Part shown: positions 15,416 to 25,080 of the stretch, one piece after another | Position numbering within the stretch: the stretch's first letter is position 1 | Layout: each line of letters starts with the position of its first letter | Origin: Patescibacteria group bacterium | GTDB lineage: Bacteria; Patescibacteriota; Patescibacteriia; 2-01-FULL-39-33 | Assembly (NCBI GenBank): GCA_041662745.1 | Contig: JBAZRV010000004.1 | Span: 60,001-92,000, forward strand | DNA: 32,000 nt | Direction: 5' to 3' | Made by a program: the position numbers and the translations under genes | The notes under the pieces: generated by a model | Told to the model about the DNA's origin: nothing | Database searches by the model: none | What the model saw: only the letters and a program-made list of their open reading frames with translations

Positions 15416-15444
15416 ATATTACAATAGTTTTTACCGCTTGGCAA
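15416..15444 (-). promoter_or_regulatory. Sigma70-type promoter for the MerR-family operon
   Basis: The minus strand reads TTGCCA (15444-15439), 17-nt spacer, TAATAT (15421-15416). This predicts a 5' UTR of roughly 110-120 nt. Confidence 0.6.
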
Positions 15445-15449
15445 GAGAC

Positions 15450-15462
15450 AGTTATCCACAGG
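15450..15462 (+). promoter_or_regulatory. 13-mer AGTTATCCACAGG containing a perfect DnaA-box consensus (copy 1)
   Basis: TTATCCACA is at 15452-15460, 7 nt upstream of the -35 of the MerR promoter. The identical 13-mer occurs at 23215-23227. Confidence 0.6.
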
Positions 15463-15501
15463 ACGAATAATTTATGTTTTAAACGACAAATAATGAATGA
15501 T

Positions 15502-15536
15502 AAAAAAACCGCTCCCCCCGAAGGAGAGCGATTTTT
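15502..15536 (-). terminator. Intrinsic terminator after rpoC
   Basis: Stem CGCTCcCC (15510-15517) / GGaGAGCG (15523-15530) has an A run on one side and a T run on the other. On the minus strand it follows the rpoC stop by about 25 nt and ends in T7. Confidence 0.85.
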
Positions 15537-15556
15537 ATAATAAATTTAATCTGAAC

Positions 15557-18500
15557 CTATAGTTTGCCGTAGACAAAGCCGGTGCCGGCCGGAATCTTGC
15601 GGCCGATGATAATGTTTTCTTTCGGTCCGGTCAAATCGTCGGTTTTGCCGGTAATGGCGGCATTAATTAACACTTTGGCTGTTTCCTGGAAAGAAGCGGA
15701 GGCCAGCCAAGAGCGAGTGGACAAGGAAACCTTAGTAATGCCCAGAAGCAGCTGTTCGTATTGAGCCAAATTTTTCTTTTGTTTCTTCAGTTCGCTATTG
15801 GCGTTAGCGACATCCACGTATTCCACCACTTCGCCCGGCATAAAGTCGGAATCGCCGGAATCAAGGACATAAACTTTGGAGAACATCTGACGTACGATCA
15901 CTTCAACATGCTTGTCGTTTATTTTCTGGCCTTGGCTGGAATAAATATGCTGGATTTCTTTCATGATATATTTCTTGGTGAAATCAGCTTCCTTCAATTT
16001 ATGCAATTGATGCAAATCAAGCGGCCCCTCGGTCAACTGATCGCCGGCTTCAACTTTGGAATTATCCTTGACCATGATAGACTTAACCGAAGCCACCAAA
16101 TATTCTTTAACCCCCAACTCATTGCCCAACAAAATCAAGGAACGCCCGTCAATCTTAACCGTGCCGGCAAACGGCGCAAAATATTTATTCTCGCCGTTCT
16201 CATACAAAACCTGGCCGTCTTTGACTTCATCGCCGTCCTTAACCTGAAGAACGACTTTCTTGCCTTTGGGTATGTTGATTTTCTTTTCTTTATCCTGATC
16301 AAAGGAGATTTCCAGAATTCTCTCTTTGCCCGAAGTCTTGATAACGGGCTGGCCGTCCTCGCCGATGATTTCGCGTTGGCGCGGTTCTTTGATGCGTACG
16401 ATGCCGGAAACGTCAGCGATAATCGCCTTATTTTTCGGCGTGCGAGCCTCAAAGATTTCTTCCACGCGCGGCAAACCTTGCGTGATATCGCTTTCCGAAG
16501 CCACACCGCCGGTATGGAAAGTTCTCATGGTCAGCTGAGTTCCGGGTTCACCCACGGATTCAGCGGCGATAACGCCTACGGCCACGCCCAGCTCTACCGG
16601 TTTATTATAAGCCAAATCGTAACCATAACATTTGGAGCAGACGCCGCGGACATTCTTACAAGTCATAACCGAACGATAGGTCGCCTCTTCAATCTCCGCC
16701 GAACCGATTTTGGCCGCCACTTCTTCGGTAACCATTTCCCCGGCCTTAGCTACGACTTTTTTGCCGGCGATCAAATCTTTGACCAAATAGCGTCCCAACA
16801 AGCGGTTAGCCAGCTTGTCGCCCATCACCTCGGACTCGGCCTTAGTTACGGTCAAACCGGAAGTATCATGGCAATCTTCGTTGTTAATGACTATATCTTG
16901 CGCCACATCCACCAAGCGGCGAGTCAAATAACCGGCTGAGGAAGTACGCAAAGCCGTATCGGACAAGCCTTTTCTGGCGCCATGGCTGGAAATAAAGAAT
17001 TCCAAAACATTAAAACCGCGTTTAAAATTATTTTTGACCGGCAGCTCAATAACTTCATAATTAGGATTGACCACCGGGCCCTTCATGCCGATCATCTGCG
17101 ATAATTGTCCCCAGGAACCGCGGGCGCCCGAATCAATCATGGATAAAATAGAATTGCCTTCGGTCATGCAATGTTTGACCTTCTCCAAAATCTGAGTATT
17201 AATGCGCAACCAATTCTCCACAATCTTTTCGTGGCGCTCATCCTCAGTCAAAAGGCCCATCATATACTGACCGTCAATCACATCAACTTCTTTATCTCCT
17301 TGCGCCACCAATTCGTCGCGTCCCTCCACATTAACCAAATCGGCAATACCGAAAGATTGGGCGGACAAAGTCAAATATTTGAAACCGGTGTCCTTCATGG
17401 CATCTAAAGTCTTGACAGTCGCCTCGGGACCGAATTGATAAAGCACATCGGCTAAGATCTTGGACAGATCCTTCTTGCCCACGCGCTTATTGATGAAATC
17501 AAACTCTGTCGGCAAAACCGAATTGAAAATAATGCGTCCGACGGAAGTCTCCAATAATTCTTTCTTGGAACGTTTGTCGGCTTTCCTGGTATATAAAACT
17601 TTAATCTTTGACTGCAAAGAAATAATCTTTTTATCAACGGCCAGAATCGCCTCATCCAAGGAAGAGAAGGCCCGAACCGGCTGACTTTCATCCAGCGTGG
17701 TCAGATAATAACAACCCCAAACAATATCCTGGTTAGGCGTAACGATCGGCTGGCCGCTGGCCGGCTTCAACAAGTTCTTGGAAGCCAGCATTCTTTCGGA
17801 CGCTTCTTTGTTGGCATCCTCGGAAAGCGGCACATGGACGGCCATTTGATCGCCGTCAAAATCAGCGTTGAAGGCGGCGCAAACCAAGGGATGGATTTGA
17901 ATGGCCAAGCCCTCAATCAAGATTGGCTTAAACGCCTGAATACCCAAACGATGCAAAGTCGGAGCGCGATTCAATAAAACATGGGCGCCCTTGACCACCT
18001 CCTCCAGAATATCCCAAACCTCATCATGTTTGGCATCAATATAGCGATTGGCGCTTCTGATATTATGCACAACGCCGCGCTCAATCAGTTTGGAAATAAT
18101 AAACGGCTTAAACAATTCCAAAGCCATAATCTTGGGAATACCGCACTGGTCCAAATGCAGCTTGGGACCGACGACGATAACCGAACGGCCGGAATAATCG
18201 ATGCGTTTGCCCAGCAAGTTCTGACGGAAACGGCCCTGCTTTCCTTTCAGGATATCAGCCAACGATTTAAGCATGCGTTTCTGGCCGGTAGAAGCCACCA
18301 CGGTCTTGCCATGGCGGGCGTTGTTATCAATCAAGGAATCAACCGCTTCCTGCAACATGCGCTTCTCGTTTCTGGTAATAACCTCGGGAGCATTAAGCTC
18401 CTGCAACTGTTTCAAGCGATTGTTGCGGTTAATGACGCGGCGATACAAATCATTCAGATCGGAAGTGGCGAAACGTCCGCCGTCAAGCGGCACCATCGGA

Positions 18501-19444
18501 CGCAAATCCGGCGGAATCACCGGAACGGCGGTCAAAACCATCCATTCGGGACGGAGATTATTCTTAATGAGATTATTAAAAAACTTTACGCGGCGGATCA
18601 GCTTGTCTTTCTTGGCGCCAACCGTAGCGGCGATTTGCTTATTCAATTCTTCCACGGTCTTAGCCAAATCAATGCGCGACATCAATTCGCGAATCGCTTC
18701 CGCACCGATGCCCGCTTCAAAAATATGCCCGTACTTCAGAGACAATTCATGAAAAACATGCTCGGAAATAATCTTTAGGGGGCGGATTTCTTTCAATTCA
18801 TTCTCCGCCATTAAGACGGTTTCCTCCAATTCTTTCAATTTTTCATCGCGCAGTTTGGTAAAATTTTCCAAAGCCTCGGACTTTTCCGCCTCAGAACTCC
18901 CAGCGGCGTTCAGTTGTCTGGCTTTATTATCATAATCGGACTCAATCTGCTTGCGATATTGCTTGTATTCGCCCCGCAGCTGTTCAAAAGTCTGATTCTT
19001 CAAGTCTTCATTAACATTGGTGATGATAAAATCGGCAAAATAAATAACTTTCTCCAGATTCTGAATAGACATGTCCAGCGCTAAGCCGATCTTGGACGGA
19101 ATGCCGCGCAAAAACCAAATATGAGAAACCGGCGACGCCAAATCAATATGGCCCATGCGTTCGCGGCGCACCACGGCGCGAGTCACTTCTACGCCGCACT
19201 TATCGCAGACAATGCCTTTATAGCGGATTTTCTTGTATTTGCCGCAATAACATTCCCAGTCCTTAATCGGACCAAAAATACGCTCGCAGAATAAGCCGTC
19301 TTTTTCCGGCTTCTGCGTACGGTAATTAATGGTTTCGGGACGCGTTACCTCGCCGTGCGACCAGGCATGGATATCCTCGGGCGATGCCATTTTTAACCTA
19401 ATGGAGTCAAAATGGATGTTGGGCACTTGTTCTTGATTGAACAT
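15557..19444 (-). CDS. rpoC: DNA-directed RNA polymerase subunit beta'
   Basis: 1295 aa. Contains the zinc motif [20 protein letters not shown], the catalytic [12 protein letters not shown], the trigger-loop region and [10 protein letters not shown]. Confidence 0.98.
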   Translation of the reverse strand: MFNQEQVPNIHFDSIRLKMASPEDIHAWSHGEVTRPETINYRTQKPEKDGLFCERIFGPIKDWECYCGKYKKIRYKGIVCDKCGVEVTRAVVRRERMGHIDLASPVSHIWFLRGIPSKIGLALDMSIQNLEKVIYFADFIITNVNEDLKNQTFEQLRGEYKQYRKQIESDYDNKARQLNAAGSSEAEKSEALENFTKLRDEKLKELEETVLMAENELKEIRPLKIISEHVFHELSLKYGHIFEAGIGAEAIRELMSRIDLAKTVEELNKQIAATVGAKKDKLIRRVKFFNNLIKNNLRPEWMVLTAVPVIPPDLRPMVPLDGGRFATSDLNDLYRRVINRNNRLKQLQELNAPEVITRNEKRMLQEAVDSLIDNNARHGKTVVASTGQKRMLKSLADILKGKQGRFRQNLLGKRIDYSGRSVIVVGPKLHLDQCGIPKIMALELFKPFIISKLIERGVVHNIRSANRYIDAKHDEVWDILEEVVKGAHVLLNRAPTLHRLGIQAFKPILIEGLAIQIHPLVCAAFNADFDGDQMAVHVPLSEDANKEASERMLASKNLLKPASGQPIVTPNQDIVWGCYYLTTLDESQPVRAFSSLDEAILAVDKKIISLQSKIKVLYTRKADKRSKKELLETSVGRIIFNSVLPTEFDFINKRVGKKDLSKILADVLYQFGPEATVKTLDAMKDTGFKYLTLSAQSFGIADLVNVEGRDELVAQGDKEVDVIDGQYMMGLLTEDERHEKIVENWLRINTQILEKVKHCMTEGNSILSMIDSGARGSWGQLSQMIGMKGPVVNPNYEVIELPVKNNFKRGFNVLEFFISSHGARKGLSDTALRTSSAGYLTRRLVDVAQDIVINNEDCHDTSGLTVTKAESEVMGDKLANRLLGRYLVKDLIAGKKVVAKAGEMVTEEVAAKIGSAEIEEATYRSVMTCKNVRGVCSKCYGYDLAYNKPVELGVAVGVIAAESVGEPGTQLTMRTFHTGGVASESDITQGLPRVEEIFEARTPKNKAIIADVSGIVRIKEPRQREIIGEDGQPVIKTSGKERILEISFDQDKEKKINIPKGKKVVLQVKDGDEVKDGQVLYENGENKYFAPFAGTVKIDGRSLILLGNELGVKEYLVASVKSIMVKDNSKVEAGDQLTEGPLDLHQLHKLKEADFTKKYIMKEIQHIYSSQGQKINDKHVEVIVRQMFSKVYVLDSGDSDFMPGEVVEYVDVANANSELKKQKKNLAQYEQLLLGITKVSLSTRSWLASASFQETAKVLINAAITGKTDDLTGPKENIIIGRKIPAGTGFVYGKL

Positions 19445-19472
19445 ATTATATTAGTAATTAGAAATAAAAAGA

Positions 19473-22400
19473 TTAAGCGTCTATTTCTTCGTCATCCTTC
19501 ATCATGCCGGATTCAATTTTATCATCAACATTCCTGATCGGCTTATTGTTTTCCAATAATTCCACATTAAGCGCCAAACCCTTAAGTTCGCGAATCAAAA
19601 CATTAAACGATTCCGGAATATATAAATTGGTAATAGGCTCGCCCTTGATGATGTTCTCGTAGGTCTTGCTGCGGCCGACTACGTCATCTGACTTAATAGT
19701 CAAAATTTCCTGCAAAGTCGCGGCCGCGCCGTAAGCTTCCAAGGCCCAAACTTCCATTTCACCGAATCTTTGTCCGCCGAATTGCGCCTTGCCGCCCAAA
19801 GGCTGTTGGGTGATAAGAGAATAAGGACCAATGGAACGGGCATGGATTTTATCTTCTACCAAATGATTCAACTTCAGCATATACACCATGCCGACGGTTG
19901 ATTTCTTGGCAAAAGATTCACCGGTGCGGCCGTCATATAATTGGATGCGGCCGTCTTCCGGATAGCCGGCAGCCTTGAGTTGTTCGCGAATATTGTCTTC
20001 AGTCGCGCCGTTGAAAACGTTAGTCGCCACTTTGTAGTTCAAAGCCTTGGCGGCCAAGCCCAAATGAGTTTCTAAAATCTGTCCCAAATTCATGCGGGAA
20101 ACGACGCCCAAAGGAGACAAAATAATATCAACCGGCGTTCCATCGGCCAAATGCGGCATATCTTCTACGGGCACTACTTTGGAAATAACGCCCTTATTGC
20201 CGTGACGGCCGGCCATCTTATCGCCGACTTGCACCTTGCGCAAAGAAGCGACGGTCACCTGGACCATCTTAATCATGCCGGCTGACATCTTATCGCCGTT
20301 TTCGCGGGAGAAAATCTTAATGTCAATCACTTTGCCGGAAGAGCCGTGTTCCAAATATAATGAAGAATCGCGGACGTCCCGGGCCTTTTCGCCGAAAATG
20401 GCGCGCAACAATTTTTCCTCGGCCGACAATTCAGTCTCGCCCTTAGGCGTAATCTTGCCGCACAGGATATCGCCGGATTTAACGGTGGCGCCGATACGCA
20501 CAATTCCTTCCTCGTCCAAATCCTTCAATTTTTCTTCGCTGATGTTGGGAATATCGGAAGTAACGATTTCCGGGCCCAGCTTGGTTTCGCGAACTTCGCA
20601 AGTATAATTTTCAATATGGATTGAAGAGTAGCGATCCTTCTGCACCAATTTCTCCGACAAAATAATCGCATCTTCATAGTTATAACCCTGCCACGGCATA
20701 AAAGCGACCAAAACATTCTGACCCAGGGACAGCTCTCCCTGATCAGTGCCGGGACCGTCAGCCAAAACATCGCCCTTCTTAACCTCCTGATCAATGGCGA
20801 CAATCGGTTTCTGATTAATGCAAGTGGAGGCGTTGGATCTGGTATATTTGGTCAAGCGGTAGGTATCAATCTTATTGTTTTTATTCAAAATTTCAATCTT
20901 GTCGCCATGCAGGCCGATGACTTTGCCGTCTTCTTTGGCTAAAGCCACGTGGCCGGAATCGCGGGCGGCGATGCGTTCTAATCCGGTGCCGACTAAAGGC
21001 GCTTGCGGCCTGACCACGCAGACGGCTTGGCGTTGCATGTTCGTACCCATCAAAGCGCGGACGGCGTCATCATGTTCCAAAAAAGGAATGCAAGAAGTGG
21101 CGATGGAAACGATCTGGTTGGATGACACATCCATGTAATCAACCTGGTTAGTGGGAGCGACAGTCGGGTTCAGCTTGACGCGAGCTTCCACCTTATCCGA
21201 TTTAAAGTATCCTTTTTCATCAAGTTCGGTATTGTACGGAGTAGTGGTGGAACGGGATTCTTCAAAAGCGTCAATATATCTTATTTCATTGGTCACGCGC
21301 GGTCTAACGCTGATTTTATTCAATTCAATATTTTCCGCCAAAGCTTTAGCGGCGTCTTTTCCGATTTCCTCTCCGGCTTTGACTATGATTGAACCGTTTG
21401 CGTCTCGCAAATCAACTTGAGCGATTTCGCCGACGGCGGTTTTTCCGTCATTAGCCAAAGTATGCGCCACCTTATAATAAGGGGCTTCAATAAAACCGTA
21501 TTCGTTAATGCGGCAATAACCGGCCAAATGACCGACCAAACCGATATTGGGACCTTCCGGGGTGGCGATAGGACAGATTCTGCCATAGTGAGTCGGATGC
21601 ACGTCGCGCACTTCAAAACCGGCGCGTTCACGGGACAAGCCGCCCGGACCGAGCGCGGAAATTCTGCGTTTGTGCTCCAGCTCGGCCAAGGGATTAACCT
21701 GGTCCATGAATTGCGACAGCTGCGAAGACATGAAAAACTCCTTGACCACCGACATTAGCGGTCGAGCATTGGTTAATTTAGACGGACTAAGAGTAGTGAC
21801 ATCCAAAGTGGACATGCGATCTTTGATGATCCTTTCCATTCTGGCCAGACCGATGCGGAATTTGGCTTGAACCAATTCGCCCACGGCTTTGACGCGACGA
21901 TTGCCCAAATGATCAATATCGTCAGCTCGTTCTTGGGTCAAGGTCAGACGCATGATTTCTTTCAGGATATTAATGATGTCCTCTCTTAAGAGAACTCTGC
22001 TTTCCTTGTTGATTTCACGGTCGCTCTCAAAGCGCTGATTCATTTTGTAACGGCCGACCGAACCGAAATCATAACGCGAAAAATTGAAAAACATGTTATC
22101 AATCAACTGCTTGGCGTTATCGGGCGCGGCCAAATCTCCGGGGCGGATACGCTTATAAACTTCAATCAAGCCCTCGGCTTCATTTTCCGAAGCGTCTTTT
22201 TTAATGGTCGCTTCAATAAATTCGCTGGCGCCGTCAAAATCGGTAAACTGACCAAGTATCTCTTCATTGCTGGAAAAACCGAAAGCGCGCAACAAAGCGG
22301 TTACGGCTACTTTTCTTTTGCGGTCAATTTTAACCCAGAGAACTTTGTTCAAGTCAGTCTCAAATTCCAGCCAAGAACCGCGGTTGGGAATAACCTTGGC

Positions 22401-22877
22401 GCCATATAATTTGCGATCAACGGCCGGGGTGGAGGTAAAGAAAACGCCGGCCGACCGGACCAGTTGAGAAACGACAACGCGTTCAATGCCATTGACGATG
22501 AACGTGCCGCGATCAGTCATTAAAGGATAGTCGCCCAAATAAATCTCCTGTTCCATGCTTTGGCCGGTCTTTTTGTTGACTAATTTAACATTAACGCGCA
22601 ACGGCGCTTCGTAGGTAATGTTTTTTTCCTTGGAGGCCACCTCGTCAAACTTGGGTTCATCCATGTAATAATTCATGAAATAAACTTCCAGGTCACGGCC
22701 GATAAAATCAGTGATGGGAGAGAATTCATCCAAAAGCTCGCGTAAGCCAACCTTCCAGAACCAGTCATAGGACCATTTCTGCAATTCAATCAAATCAGGC
22801 GCCTGAAACAAGTTTTTTGTCAGAGGCGCAAAATTAACCCGACCGTTAATCACGTTCAAATTATTTTTATTAGACAT
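19473..22877 (-). CDS. rpoB: DNA-directed RNA polymerase subunit beta
   Basis: 1134 aa. Contains the rifampicin-cluster region FMDQVNPLAELEHKRRISALGPGGL, plus GRHGNKGVISK and GGQRFGEMEVWALEAYGAA. Confidence 0.98.
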   Translation of the reverse strand: MSNKNNLNVINGRVNFAPLTKNLFQAPDLIELQKWSYDWFWKVGLRELLDEFSPITDFIGRDLEVYFMNYYMDEPKFDEVASKEKNITYEAPLRVNVKLVNKKTGQSMEQEIYLGDYPLMTDRGTFIVNGIERVVVSQLVRSAGVFFTSTPAVDRKLYGAKVIPNRGSWLEFETDLNKVLWVKIDRKRKVAVTALLRAFGFSSNEEILGQFTDFDGASEFIEATIKKDASENEAEGLIEVYKRIRPGDLAAPDNAKQLIDNMFFNFSRYDFGSVGRYKMNQRFESDREINKESRVLLREDIINILKEIMRLTLTQERADDIDHLGNRRVKAVGELVQAKFRIGLARMERIIKDRMSTLDVTTLSPSKLTNARPLMSVVKEFFMSSQLSQFMDQVNPLAELEHKRRISALGPGGLSRERAGFEVRDVHPTHYGRICPIATPEGPNIGLVGHLAGYCRINEYGFIEAPYYKVAHTLANDGKTAVGEIAQVDLRDANGSIIVKAGEEIGKDAAKALAENIELNKISVRPRVTNEIRYIDAFEESRSTTTPYNTELDEKGYFKSDKVEARVKLNPTVAPTNQVDYMDVSSNQIVSIATSCIPFLEHDDAVRALMGTNMQRQAVCVVRPQAPLVGTGLERIAARDSGHVALAKEDGKVIGLHGDKIEILNKNNKIDTYRLTKYTRSNASTCINQKPIVAIDQEVKKGDVLADGPGTDQGELSLGQNVLVAFMPWQGYNYEDAIILSEKLVQKDRYSSIHIENYTCEVRETKLGPEIVTSDIPNISEEKLKDLDEEGIVRIGATVKSGDILCGKITPKGETELSAEEKLLRAIFGEKARDVRDSSLYLEHGSSGKVIDIKIFSRENGDKMSAGMIKMVQVTVASLRKVQVGDKMAGRHGNKGVISKVVPVEDMPHLADGTPVDIILSPLGVVSRMNLGQILETHLGLAAKALNYKVATNVFNGATEDNIREQLKAAGYPEDGRIQLYDGRTGESFAKKSTVGMVYMLKLNHLVEDKIHARSIGPYSLITQQPLGGKAQFGGQRFGEMEVWALEAYGAAATLQEILTIKSDDVVGRSKTYENIIKGEPITNLYIPESFNVLIRELKGLALNVELLENNKPIRNVDDKIESGMMKDDEEIDA

Positions 22878-22886
22878 AAAAAAGCC

Positions 22887-22937
22887 CTCATTTCCCTTAT
22901 TTTAGCCAAATATTTGGCTATGAGCGTTAGAAATGAG
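22887..22937 (-). promoter_or_regulatory. Nested hairpin in the rpoB leader that covers the SD and is followed by a T run
   Basis: The outer stem is CTCATTTC (22887-22894) / GAAATGAG (22930-22937). The inner element is the perfect 18-nt palindrome TAGCCAAATATTTGGCTA (22903-22920). On the mRNA strand the 3' arm GAAATGAG runs into GGCTTTTTTATG, so the GAGGG SD is partly inside the stem. Confidence 0.6.
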
Positions 22938-23060
22938 TTCGATTATTTATTTATTGAGTTGTATTTTTAGAATAAGACACTAATTTTTACGGCTTATTAG
23001 TGTTCACGAGCACTCTAAATGACTTCTCCGCCCGTTAGCGGATAAAGATTCAATATAATT

Positions 23061-23089
23061 ATATTAACAGAAACGATAAAAGAAGTCAA
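23061..23089 (-). promoter_or_regulatory. Sigma70-type promoter for rpoB-rpoC
   Basis: The minus strand reads TTGACT (23089-23084), 17-nt spacer, TAATAT (23066-23061), preceded by an A tract. This predicts a leader of about 175 nt. Confidence 0.6.
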
Positions 23090-23214
23090 TAGTTTTTTGA
23101 CCACTTGAGCAAGATTTTATTATTTGTCAAATAATAATTAATTATTACCTAAATTTAGCCAATAACACATCAAAAATAACCAAAAATTAAAAACTATTGA
23201 TTAAAAATTATTTG

Positions 23215-23227
23215 AGTTATCCACAGG
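23215..23227 (+). promoter_or_regulatory. 13-mer AGTTATCCACAGG containing a perfect DnaA-box consensus (copy 2)
   Basis: TTATCCACA is at 23217-23225, 39 nt upstream of the -35 of the radical SAM promoter. It is identical to 15450-15462. Confidence 0.6.
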
Positions 23228-23264
23228 GTAATTACTAATCAACTCAATAGTCAAACCGCAATAG

Positions 23265-23293
23265 TTGATTTTTTTATCATTAACAACTATACT
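23265..23293 (+). promoter_or_regulatory. Sigma70-type promoter for the radical SAM gene
   Basis: TTGATT (23265-23270), 17-nt spacer, TATACT (23288-23293). The same hexamer pair is predicted at 4332-4359(-). Confidence 0.6.
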
Positions 23294-23363
23294 TATCAAT
23301 ACATTTTAGCAAAAAATGAGGCACCTTACAAAAAATTACATAAAAAAACCAAAGGAGTAAAAA

Positions 23364-25073
23364 ATGGACACGAAACTCTTGCGTCTGATCATACCCGCCT
23401 CTCCCCCGTTTAATCCTTATAAACGATTTTATGGCCGTACGACCGCCCTGGGAACGATCCTAACCGCCTCGGCGGCTAATAAAATACCGGGCTGGGAAGT
23501 TGAAGTGATTGACGAAAACAACTGCCATAATCTTCCTGCTTGGCTTAAGCTAACGGCAGACGGCCGGATTGATCATGGATTGCTGCAACAAGAACGGCCG
23601 GCCCAAATTGTCGCTCTCTGCGCTTCACTTAGTTCAACTATGCCTCGTGTCTTTGAGTTGGCTGGGATTTACCAATCATGCGGAGCGCTTACGGTGGCGG
23701 GGGGCTATCATGCAAGCGCTCTGCCGGAAGAAGCGCTTGATCATCATCTGGATATCATAATCATGAACGACGGAGAAAAAACTATTAGGCAAGTCATAAA
23801 TACTTATGACTCTTTATGCCAGGATGTTAATTATGGCTTGCATCTGACCTGCCGAGCGCAGGGGGCCTATAAAAACAACTGCTCGTCCCATTTTTATGAA
23901 TTGGAAGAAAAAATAAAAAACTATTGGCTTAAAGTGGACGGCATCGCTTTCCGGCATATTGATAAAACCATAATTAATCCGTCCGCCGATCAATCGCACA
24001 ATTGCCGATCGGCCTTATTGCCTAATTTCGGTTTGTTACGCTATGGCAAATTGGAAGTCTATCCGATTAATTGGCGCCGCGGCTGCTCGCTTAAATGCGA
24101 ATTCTGCGCCGTCAGAGAAAAACCCGGCAAGGAGTCAGCCCTTGATCTGTTTAAGGTTGTCCGGCATTGCCACGAAAAATTCGGCGCTGATAAATTTTTT
24201 ATCGTTGACGATCGCTTCGGCGGTAATCTGATAAACAAGACAGAACGCGCTGAACTGATCTCGGCCTTGAAACTGCTTATCGCCTACCAGAAAAAAATCA
24301 ACCGGCATTTTAGCTTTAGCGCTCAACTGGAACTCAACGCTTCCGGCGATACCGAGCTCCTCTTTTTGCTGCGCCAAGCGGGGGTAGATACCGTACGCCT
24401 AAGCTACGATTCGTCAATTATTGAGGCTCCAGAGTTTAATGATGGGACCTACCATCGGACGACTAAAGGCCAGACCATAAAATGGCGCACCATGGTTCAT
24501 TACACTCGGCAATGGCGCCAGGCGGGATTCCTTGTTCATGGCATGTTTATCTTTAACTATCCAAAAAAAACAGAGGCGATTGCCGATTGGCCTGATGGGG
24601 CGGAACGGCAGGGCCGGTTAAGCGCCGAAACAAAAAAGATTATTGAGCTTGTGGCCGAAGCCGAACAAGCTTACGGCTTAAGCAAATTGCCGACAATAAA
24701 AAACCGAGTCCGCGCCGTCAAGGAATTCATCAAATGGGCGGGAATAAACACAGTCCAAGTGGCTTTGGCCGTACCCTCGCCGGGGACTGCCTTGCGCGAC
24801 CGATTGGAAAAATCCGGACAGCTTTTCCCCGTAACAGCAATCGGCTGGGAATATTACGACGGGCAATTCCCGCTCTACCAACCGAGCAACTGCGAAGCGG
24901 AAGAAATGTGGCAAGGAGCCCAGGACATCATGTCCGGCTTTTACGGTTTGAGAAACTTTCTCCGCCAAGCTTCTTTCAACGGCTGGCCGTTCCGGCGAAA
25001 CCGGCTGAATGAATCCGTACGCCGTGATTTTTCAGCTAAACTAAAAAGAGCCAGAGCGGCTCTTAATCAGTAA
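23364..25073 (+). CDS. B12-binding-domain radical SAM protein (class B rSAM), function unknown
   Basis: 569 aa. An N-terminal Rossmann-like B12-binding-type domain (LRLIIPASPP...VAGGYHASALPEEAL) is followed by the rSAM cluster motif CSLKCEFC (CX3CX2C). SD AAAGGAG lies 7 nt upstream. It has its own promoter and terminator. No SPASM-type Cys cluster is present. Confidence 0.85.
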   Translation: MDTKLLRLIIPASPPFNPYKRFYGRTTALGTILTASAANKIPGWEVEVIDENNCHNLPAWLKLTADGRIDHGLLQQERPAQIVALCASLSSTMPRVFELAGIYQSCGALTVAGGYHASALPEEALDHHLDIIIMNDGEKTIRQVINTYDSLCQDVNYGLHLTCRAQGAYKNNCSSHFYELEEKIKNYWLKVDGIAFRHIDKTIINPSADQSHNCRSALLPNFGLLRYGKLEVYPINWRRGCSLKCEFCAVREKPGKESALDLFKVVRHCHEKFGADKFFIVDDRFGGNLINKTERAELISALKLLIAYQKKINRHFSFSAQLELNASGDTELLFLLRQAGVDTVRLSYDSSIIEAPEFNDGTYHRTTKGQTIKWRTMVHYTRQWRQAGFLVHGMFIFNYPKKTEAIADWPDGAERQGRLSAETKKIIELVAEAEQAYGLSKLPTIKNRVRAVKEFIKWAGINTVQVALAVPSPGTALRDRLEKSGQLFPVTAIGWEYYDGQFPLYQPSNCEAEEMWQGAQDIMSGFYGLRNFLRQASFNGWPFRRNRLNESVRRDFSAKLKRARAALNQ

Positions 25074-25080
25074 TCGCACT

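Noticed and set aside
15761-18778. Long plus-strand ORFs (15761-16939, 392 aa; 17981-18778, 265 aa; 18273-18752) opposite rpoC
   Set aside because: They lie entirely antisense to an unmistakable rpoC. Their products are low-complexity and rich in I/L/F/N, typical of shadow frames. No promoter, SD or terminator is associated with them.
22878-23363. Possible chromosomal replication origin (AT-rich region plus perfect DnaA box)
   Set aside because: There is only one perfect box, plus two sites with two mismatches (AGCGGATAA at 23036-23044 and TTATCAATA at 23292-23300). I could not phase any DnaA-trio-like TAR repeats next to the box, there is no dnaA or dnaN nearby, and gene orientation does not switch cleanly here. 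I kept it as a regulatory hypothesis instead. GC-skew analysis of the whole genome would settle the question.
25047-25063. Hairpin AGAGCC/GGCTCT near the 3' end of the radical SAM CDS as an additional terminator
   Set aside because: It lies inside the coding sequence (…KRARAALNQ) and is not followed by a T run. The real terminator is at 25085-25115.
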